Source of the DNA: Blastocatellia bacterium
Lineage (GTDB): Bacteria; Acidobacteriota; Blastocatellia; UBA7656
Length of the DNA stretch: 64,000 nucleotides
Direction of reading: 5' to 3'
Assembly (NCBI GenBank): GCA_046565505.1
Contig: JBKHYJ010000050.1
Location: 32,415 to 96,414 of the forward strand
Shown one piece after another: positions 58,201 through 64,000 of the stretch. The notes below the pieces were generated by a model, which saw only the letters and a list, made by a program, of their open reading frames with translations, was not told where the DNA came from and did not search any database. Position 1 is the first letter of the stretch. The number at the start of each line of letters is the position of its first letter. The translations under genes and the position numbers were made by a program.

Positions 58201-60547
58201 CGACCATGCCGCGCTCGCGCTGAAGAACGCCAGGCTCGTAGACCAGATCACGAGGGCCAAGACCACCGTCGAGCTCGCCCACGCCATGGTCGAAGTCGTC
58301 GCCAGGGCGATGGTGCTGGGCGACCACGAGCTGACGCTGGACGCCATCGTGCAGGGCACGCGCGGCGTGCTCAACTGCGACGCCGTCGTGCTGTTCACCT
58401 ACGACCAGTCATCGGGCAGGCTCCAGCACCCGCCCACAATGGTAGGCGTGCGCTTCCCGGACAAGGCTAGGGCCACCGAGGAGAAGCTGTCCGGGTCGAT
58501 AGTCCACCAGGTGCTGAAGCGCGACCAGCCCTACACGGCCGAGGACGTCGAAAACGACCCGATCTTCAAAGACAAGCGGTTCGCCATAGACGAAGGGATC
58601 AAGTCCTGCATAGCCGTGCCGCTCAGCGCCGCCTCGCAGAAGGTCGGCGTGATGTTCGTCAACTACCGCTCCCCGCACACCTTCACCCCCGAGGAGCGCG
58701 CCAACGTCGAGCTGTTCGCCAACTACGCGGCCGTGGCGATACACAACGCGCAACTGCTGCTGGAGCAGTCGCGCAGGATCACGGAGCAGGGCACGCTGGC
58801 CGAGCTGTCGCAGTCGATCCTCAACACGGTCAGCTTCGACAACCTGCAGCAGACGCTGGACCGTTCGGTGGCAGAGGCGGCGGCGATGCTCGGGACCGAG
58901 TACTCAAACATAGTGCTCGACGACGGCGGGGAACTGATCTTCAGCACGGCTTACGGGTGGCCCCGGTCGATGGTCGGGGACTTCAGGCTTAAGAAGGGGA
59001 GGGGTTCGCAGACGGGTTACACGATAGAGGTGGGGCAGCACGTGATAGTGCCCGACTACGAAGAGGAGAGGCGGTTCACTGTGCCCGGCGTGGTGAAGCA
59101 GCGCCGCATCAAGAGCGGGCTGAGCGTCCCGATCTTCAGGGCGGGGGAGATAGTCGGGGCGATGCTGGTGCACACGACCAGCACCCGCCAGTTCACCGAC
59201 GCCGACGTGAGGCTGCTGAGCCTGATAGCCAACCAGGTGGCGATGCTGCTGTCGATGGCCCAGCATTACGAGCAGATGCAGCAGCACAACGCGAACTTGC
59301 TGGCGGCCTACGACGCCGGGAAGGCCCTGGCGTCGCTCAGGGCCGGGCTCGAGCGCAAGCAGGTGCTCGACAGCATACTGGGGCAGGCCGTCAAGTGCAT
59401 CTCGCGCAAGCGGGGCCGGAAGGTGGTGCTGGGCACAATCCAGCTCTACAACGAGGAGAGGCAGGAGCTGGTCTTCGAGAGCGTCTACCCGAGCGAGCAC
59501 TCGGAGAATTACGCGCAGGTCGGCCAGCGGTGGTCCATAGCGCAGAGGCAATCGGATGGCGAGCGGGTGGGCGTCACGGGCCGGGCCGTGTTGGAGAGAG
59601 TGCCGCAACTGGTCGCGAGGGTCCGTGACGATAAGGATTACATCAAGTACAACGAGACGACGAAGTCGGAGCTCGCGGTGCCGCTGCTTGACGGGGACGG
59701 GAAGGTGATAGGGGTGCTGGACCTCGAGAGCGAGCAGGAGGGGGTTTTCGACGAGGGGGACAAGGAGGCGCTGAAGCTGCTGGCGGAGCTGGCGGTGATA
59801 GCGATAAGGAGCGCGCAGCAGATCAAGGAGTTGCAGCAGGAGAAGGCCACTTCGGTGGCCAAGGACGCGCTGGTGTGGATGGGGATGAGCAGCAGCTACT
59901 GGCGCCACACCATACAGAACAACGCAATCACCATCCGCGATAAAGTGGAGTTCATCGACAGGATGGCCGCCGCCAGGCCTATCGGCGAGATAAAAAACAG
60001 GCTGGCCGAAATCTCTGACCTGGCGAAAATGATAGCGAATTACCCCATCTCCGAGGAGCTGTCTTCCCAGGAGCTGGGTGAGGTCGAGAACGTCAACGCG
60101 CTGCTGAGGCGGCGCGTCATACAGCTACAGGAATTCAGCCCCGAGGAGTACAGCTCTGTGTCGATCAAGTTCGACCTCAGGCTCGAGAACGACGCGAAAG
60201 TGAGGGCGAACTCGAACTGGCTGATACGCGCGCTGGACGTGCTGTTCGACAACGCGATCAGGGCCATGGAGCATTCGCGCGACAAGGTGCTGGTGGTCGG
60301 GACGCGGAGGTGTGAGGGGGCCGTGGTTATAGAGATAACGGACACGGGCCGGGGCATCCCGGAAAGGTTAAAGCCTAAGATACTCGCGCAGCCGATAAAG
60401 CACTCCAGGGACGAGAAGAGGCTGGGGATGGGGCTGCTCATGGCGCAGTTCATCGTCAAGGTGTACGAGGGCCGCATAGAGGTAGTTAGCTCGGACGGGG
60501 CGGGGACGAAGATGGCCGTCTACCTGCCGCTGGCCGAGCAGCAATAG
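55229..60547 (+). CDS. Giant cytoplasmic histidine kinase: PAS + about 8 GAF domains + HATPase
   Basis: N-terminal PAS, tandem GAFs, WRH H-box, LFDNAIRA, DTGRGI and GMGL. Confidence 0.92.
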   Translation: MKKNQIPKDVKNYMASVVSALPSAVIVSDLRGDVVVSNDRAREILGRDRDEIINTPVAELFYSAGEFESTNAQLSKAEGGKLMGVETSMRDRNGKEVAVRLSVTELRDGEGDHVGRVDCFDEIRQLERGLLLLLKASNFISQAENLREGMERLAEMITSLLSSTFCRILLLDEGGECLIASAAYHTRRGNGSFKWKDRLGEKTSIDKWPGLRGRLKGGKPTVLAIGDKEVSGNLLMLTERLGLDRPIQSLLSVPLTANGKIIGLLHVGEVRNEERQMFRQDKVELAAAIAAHVAALIDSRRLKETTDRNNHLLAALNEASLHIRAEKEQHKLLKEVVRLAVDLVRCDVGALFVYNYMMKKLELATSYGFDGRLFKDPLPYDDNVIGSVICKGAPQVTDRESAPGDVVLSALGLETVIAIPLKEAGATEAVLLIGDRKGDRQFAASDIDILVQFALHTSIALRTSELIAQEQHRLSQFNVLISIIQYIQTETDWDKILHIMLTGVTAGFGLGFNRAALFLLEENSNYLTGRMGIGQVTEQEAFRSWEEITDKGLYDFQLYLDELNKPERPPQTSISKRVCDLRLPVNMEGSDAFSLAMSDRTWQMVRPEDSGRLPEAFVEAFEPESPVIIVPLQTRNHVIGLVAADNKFTRSPITEEDIRLLMTFVAAAAIAGDMEGQRLRSYFEASNALVLSEDPQQAVQDIVDQMRETAKASWVSLVLIDDTDKAHSVVASGTTETVNASNVMRSNGISLAVKQVAKPRTIEDASRQRGEINEIMLRGGKTKAALCLPVVIRDRCIGVMWFLYDEPRHFPKFEIDALQFYVTQAAIAYINAQQIMTLKHLGKFAQSLASSTEPRKVLEQIILGAKLVLNADSATIWSYDASKDKFLLEHSDVSGIPDEHAARMNRITPSRQGTAYTVMQRGWVGVRDVNDSRNYEFIGPATRKILNSLGAKSFQGIALKAGDEKLGVLYVNYNTPRGFDDGDKKAAQAFADHAALALKNARLVDQITRAKTTVELAHAMVEVVARAMVLGDHELTLDAIVQGTRGVLNCDAVVLFTYDQSSGRLQHPPTMVGVRFPDKARATEEKLSGSIVHQVLKRDQPYTAEDVENDPIFKDKRFAIDEGIKSCIAVPLSAASQKVGVMFVNYRSPHTFTPEERANVELFANYAAVAIHNAQLLLEQSRRITEQGTLAELSQSILNTVSFDNLQQTLDRSVAEAAAMLGTEYSNIVLDDGGELIFSTAYGWPRSMVGDFRLKKGRGSQTGYTIEVGQHVIVPDYEEERRFTVPGVVKQRRIKSGLSVPIFRAGEIVGAMLVHTTSTRQFTDADVRLLSLIANQVAMLLSMAQHYEQMQQHNANLLAAYDAGKALASLRAGLERKQVLDSILGQAVKCISRKRGRKVVLGTIQLYNEERQELVFESVYPSEHSENYAQVGQRWSIAQRQSDGERVGVTGRAVLERVPQLVARVRDDKDYIKYNETTKSELAVPLLDGDGKVIGVLDLESEQEGVFDEGDKEALKLLAELAVIAIRSAQQIKELQQEKATSVAKDALVWMGMSSSYWRHTIQNNAITIRDKVEFIDRMAAARPIGEIKNRLAEISDLAKMIANYPISEELSSQELGEVENVNALLRRRVIQLQEFSPEEYSSVSIKFDLRLENDAKVRANSNWLIRALDVLFDNAIRAMEHSRDKVLVVGTRRCEGAVVIEITDTGRGIPERLKPKILAQPIKHSRDEKRLGMGLLMAQFIVKVYEGRIEVVSSDGAGTKMAVYLPLAEQQ

Positions 60548-60555
60548 GTATAAGT

Positions 60556-60939
60556 ATGCCCTCGACAAAGTGCCCCTTTCTTTTAATCGGCGAGCAGGGA
60601 GATTTCTGGAGGCAGGTGCTCGAAGGCGCGCTCGCCCCGATGGGCCACCTGCAAACCGTCGAGGAAAAATCCGCGATTGATTTGGTTATTGAAAACGAGT
60701 ACGCCGCCATCGTCATTGATGCCGCGCACGTCGGTAGCTTCGGGTTGATGACCAGCAGGATCCGCGCCCAGCGGCCGGACGCGAGAGTGATCGTGGCAAC
60801 GGCCGCCCCGAGCTGGCAGCGCGCGCGGGAGGCCTTCAAGTCCGGCGCGACGGATTACATTTACAAATCGGCTGACGAGGCGGAGTTGCTCGCGTCGCTC
60901 GAAGCCGCTCTGGCAAAGCCTTTGACGCCCTGGCCCTGA
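60556..60939 (+). CDS. Single-domain response regulator with atypical acidic pocket
   Basis: IVIDA, VIVATA, GATDYIYK; LLIGEQ in place of the usual DD pair. Confidence 0.82.
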   Translation: MPSTKCPFLLIGEQGDFWRQVLEGALAPMGHLQTVEEKSAIDLVIENEYAAIVIDAAHVGSFGLMTSRIRAQRPDARVIVATAAPSWQRAREAFKSGATDYIYKSADEAELLASLEAALAKPLTPWP

Positions 60940-60964
60940 CGAGGGGCACGGAGGACGAGAGATT

Positions 60965-61825
60965 ATGAAAAAGATATTGCTCGCTGATAACGACCCGAAG
61001 TTCCTCAAGGAGCGCAAAGAGTTTTTAGAAGGCGAGGGCTATCAGGTTTACCCGGCCGGCACCGTGGCCGAGGCGCGGAGGCTGCTCGAACAAGGCCGCG
61101 TAGACCTGGCCGTACTGGACCTGCGGCTGGAAAATGATAATGATGAAAGGGACCTCAGCGGGCTTACGCTCGCCAGGACCGTCAGCCCGTCCATCCCTAA
61201 AATAATAATGACGGGGTTCCCCACCTATCAGGCGGTACGTGACGCGCTCGGGGCGTCGGCGGACGGGCTGCCCCCGGTGGTGGAATTCATCGCCAAGAAG
61301 GAGGGCACGGAGACTTTCTTACACGCCGTGCGCAACGCCTTAAAGATTATGAACGTCTGGTTCAGGGCTACCCAGGAAGGCATAACCACGCAGCTCGACG
61401 AGGACTACGCGCGGGCCAGGACGGAAGCAAATATCCATTACTGGATATGCCTCGGAATATCGCTGGCCGGGGCAATGGTCGTGATGCTCGGGACAATTTT
61501 GGCCCTCGGCGGGCACCAGCGCACGGGAATAGTAAGCGTCGTAAGCGGCATAGTCATTGAGCTGGTCAACCTGCTGTTCTTCACCCGATTAGATGGCGCT
61601 TACCGGCGGGTGGACAGATACCATGAGGAGTTGCTCCAGTCGAAAAGACTCGAGAACCTGTTGTCCGCGTGCGGCGAGTTTTCAGACGTTACGAACAAGG
61701 AACAGACAATCATGCAGATCATCCAGATCACGTCAAAGCAGTGGATGAATTCTGTCGGGGCCAGGAACAGTTCATTAAAACCAAAGCTGAAGTCTCCCGG
61801 CAAGGCGGTCAAGGGGGCGGAGTAG
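60965..61825 (+). CDS. Receiver domain fused to a 2-TM domain (TRADD-N-associated membrane domain-like)
   Basis: LLADND, AVLDLRL, IIMTG, FIAK, then two TM helices ending in LFF. Confidence 0.78.
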   Translation: MKKILLADNDPKFLKERKEFLEGEGYQVYPAGTVAEARRLLEQGRVDLAVLDLRLENDNDERDLSGLTLARTVSPSIPKIIMTGFPTYQAVRDALGASADGLPPVVEFIAKKEGTETFLHAVRNALKIMNVWFRATQEGITTQLDEDYARARTEANIHYWICLGISLAGAMVVMLGTILALGGHQRTGIVSVVSGIVIELVNLLFFTRLDGAYRRVDRYHEELLQSKRLENLLSACGEFSDVTNKEQTIMQIIQITSKQWMNSVGARNSSLKPKLKSPGKAVKGAE

Positions 61826-61830
61826 TTCCA

Positions 61831-63783
61831 ATGAAGCAAATACTATTAGTGGATAATGACGTCCGGTTCCTCAAGGGGCGCGCCGAGTCGCTGCGGAAAG
61901 CCGGCTACGAAGTGCTGGAAGCCGAGACCGTCGAGGCGGCCGAGCGACTCCTGGGCGAGAACCGCGTTCACCTCGCCATCATAGATATACGCTTAGTCAA
62001 CGAGCATGATGAAAAGGACGTGAGCGGGCTGACGCTGGCGAAGAAGGCCGATTACAAGCATGTGCCGAAAATAATACTGACTAAGCACCCGACGTACGAG
62101 GCCGTGCGCGAGGCCATGAGCGGGGCCCTGGAGGGGTTGTCGCCGGCCGTCTATTTCCTGGCTAAGGACGAGGGGGCCCAGGCGATGGTCGACGCCGTTG
62201 GAAAAGTATTCCTCCAGCACTTGCGAATCAATTGGGAGCTTTTCATTCAGCCGTCCGAAGGCAACCCGGTAGACTTCCTGCACCTGGCCGGGCTGATAGA
62301 GAAAGACCTTCATGGCCGGCTGGTCTTGAACAGGGCGGACGAGCTAGAAGACCTGTTCCGCAGCCTATTCTACGAGATGAGTCAGATCAGAATAGAGCGC
62401 CTGCTTTGGAAGCGCGAGGGCAGGGTCGCGGTCACCGTCTTTGCGTTCGCCGATGGGAAGGCGCCCGAGGCGTTCATCGTCACCTGCGGCAGGCGGCGTC
62501 TGGTGGAGGACGAAAAGAAGAATTACTATGAGTCCGCGCCTAAATCTATGGGGCTATTCGGCTCCATGCTTGACAAGTCGGGCGGGACCTCGCACTACGC
62601 GGCCAACGCGTACGTCCTCACGGGGGCGTCTTTAGAAAGCCTTCAGCCGCTGATCGAGTTGTACCGCGCGGGCTCTGAGAAATCATTCCACGCCGCCGTG
62701 AGCAATCTATTTGAACAGACGCTCCGCCCGTGGCATAAGAAGGCGGCCGTGTCCGACAGGCGCGACACGCTCGGGCAGGTTTATTGCGAATGCCTCGGGT
62801 GGTCGCAGGACGCCCTGGCAGGGGTCAACTTCGGGCCGCGCATTCATTCTTTGATACACCAGATACCGGTGCTGGGGTCAAGATTGCAGATGGAGGCCGG
62901 AGCGCTGAAGGTCGAATTCGGGGGGCAATCTTTTTCTTACGCCGACCCGACAAATATCCTTAACAAGCTATCAGAAATTGATTACCCTTTCGTCGCCTCG
63001 ACGACGCCCGGGATGATAACGGGGGACAACGTTTTGACGGACTCACCGGGGCAGACCTGGCTGACCGATTTTGCCGGCGCCGGGAGCGCCCCCGAGTTAT
63101 TGGATTACGTTTCGCTCGAAGCCATGATCCGTTTCGACTGGGTCGAGGTAAACAAAATCCAGTGGCTCCACGAAATGGAGCGGGCCCTGGTTGATGGCGA
63201 TTTCGGCAGGGTCGACACCGCCGCCGTCGAGCCGGTCCTGCGAAAGCCGATACGCGCTATTCAAACGGTGCGGAGGCTGGCCTCGAACGTCGTGAGCAAG
63301 AACCCCGAGCCTTACCACCTGGGGATACTTTGTCAGGCGGCAAGGCGACTCGCGGATTTCAACCCCGCCTACCGGCTAATGCCGAACGAGCTGGCGCGGC
63401 TGGCGCACCTGCTGGTGGCCGCGGCAATAATCGGCGAGAAACTGGGCGCTAATAAGCGAGCGCCGGCCGATTCATCCACTGCCTGGCGGGGGATTCGTAT
63501 CGACAGGGCCAATTACGCCGTCAGGATCGACGGCGTGAAGATTCAACTGCGGGGGCAAAGTTATCACCTGCTCTGCTATTTGTATGACCGCCGCAACAAG
63601 TTATGTACACGCCGCGAGCTTATTGAGAACGTCTTCCAGGAGACTTACCGCGACAGGGACGATAGCCAGGTCAGCAAGCTGAACACGGCCATCCGGCGTC
63701 TGCGCGAGAAGATAGAAGATAACCCGGACCACCCGCGCTACTTGCTCACGGAACCGGGCGGCGGCTACCGCTTGAGCGCGTAG
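61831..63783 (+). CDS. Receiver + inactive APH/kinase-like (TCAD9-like) domain + OmpR-type winged helix
   Basis: LLVDND receiver; GDNVL...WLTDF...DYVSLEAMIRF; IRRLREKIEDNPDHPRYLLTEPGGGY. Confidence 0.82.
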   Translation: MKQILLVDNDVRFLKGRAESLRKAGYEVLEAETVEAAERLLGENRVHLAIIDIRLVNEHDEKDVSGLTLAKKADYKHVPKIILTKHPTYEAVREAMSGALEGLSPAVYFLAKDEGAQAMVDAVGKVFLQHLRINWELFIQPSEGNPVDFLHLAGLIEKDLHGRLVLNRADELEDLFRSLFYEMSQIRIERLLWKREGRVAVTVFAFADGKAPEAFIVTCGRRRLVEDEKKNYYESAPKSMGLFGSMLDKSGGTSHYAANAYVLTGASLESLQPLIELYRAGSEKSFHAAVSNLFEQTLRPWHKKAAVSDRRDTLGQVYCECLGWSQDALAGVNFGPRIHSLIHQIPVLGSRLQMEAGALKVEFGGQSFSYADPTNILNKLSEIDYPFVASTTPGMITGDNVLTDSPGQTWLTDFAGAGSAPELLDYVSLEAMIRFDWVEVNKIQWLHEMERALVDGDFGRVDTAAVEPVLRKPIRAIQTVRRLASNVVSKNPEPYHLGILCQAARRLADFNPAYRLMPNELARLAHLLVAAAIIGEKLGANKRAPADSSTAWRGIRIDRANYAVRIDGVKIQLRGQSYHLLCYLYDRRNKLCTRRELIENVFQETYRDRDDSQVSKLNTAIRRLREKIEDNPDHPRYLLTEPGGGYRLSA

Positions 63784-64000
63784 CCTTTCGCAGTCGGGAA
63801 CGGCTTGAGCGGCTTCGCGCGTAAGCGGCACCCGGCGCGGCGGCAATTCGACGCGAAGTTCATCCGGCGCTCATCGCACGCCTTCCGAGAGATTCCGCTC
63901 GCTATCAATTTAAGATGAGGCGGCCTTTGAGCCCCTCGTGCGCGGGGGCAGCGGCCCGCCCCCGCCCGGCCGCCAGGGCCGAATGCGCCTGCCCTATAGC

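Noticed and set aside
50379-63846. Antisense ORFs within the kinase genes (e.g. 50829-51818, 55040-56161, 58904-59908)
   Set aside because: Codon-bias shadows of the long + strand genes
1-64000. CRISPR array, cas genes or rRNA
   Set aside because: No regularly spaced repeat-spacer array or rRNA was seen; the Cas4-like Cys pattern belongs to the Dna2-like fusion

Overview
GC-rich bacterial chromosome, probably Acidobacteriota (an inference from gene content and style), in four parts. (1) 1-20.6 kb is ordinary host genes: S9 peptidase, OmpA, LysR, transglutaminase, a beta-propeller/di-haem protein, BON, pyrE, a hydrolase, MaoC plus CitE-like lyase, an L,D-transpeptidase and an M23 peptidase. 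(2) 20,668-47,268 is a 26.6-kb AT-richer island in tRNA-Ala(GGC), bounded by a 48-bp att repeat and arm-type repeats. It carries an amber-interrupted integrase, Xis, an HUH Rep and IS200. Its cargo is a cytosine-centred cluster (degenerate dCTP-deaminase fold with a TM helix, Asp-type thymidylate-synthase homologue, cytidine deaminase, Dna2-like nuclease-helicase, C5 methyltransferase, Vsr), a phage-like early region with a TPR gene overlapped antisense by a secreted-peptide gene, and a second nucleotide-centred cassette (TM-PAS-NDT, two PRTases, SAH-hydrolase-like protein, PyrF). (3) 47.3-49.4 kb holds an older integrase remnant, two Cys-rich secreted peptides, a candidate ~400-nt structured RNA, tRNA-Glu and a decayed 3' half of tRNA-Lys. 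(4) 49.6-63.8 kb is a signalling locus with two giant paralogous GAF histidine kinases and three receiver proteins, two with conflict-system-like outputs. The best candidates for undescribed systems are the two nucleotide-centred cassettes, the TPR/antisense-peptide pair and the structured RNA. All family calls come from motifs recognised by eye; no searches were run.
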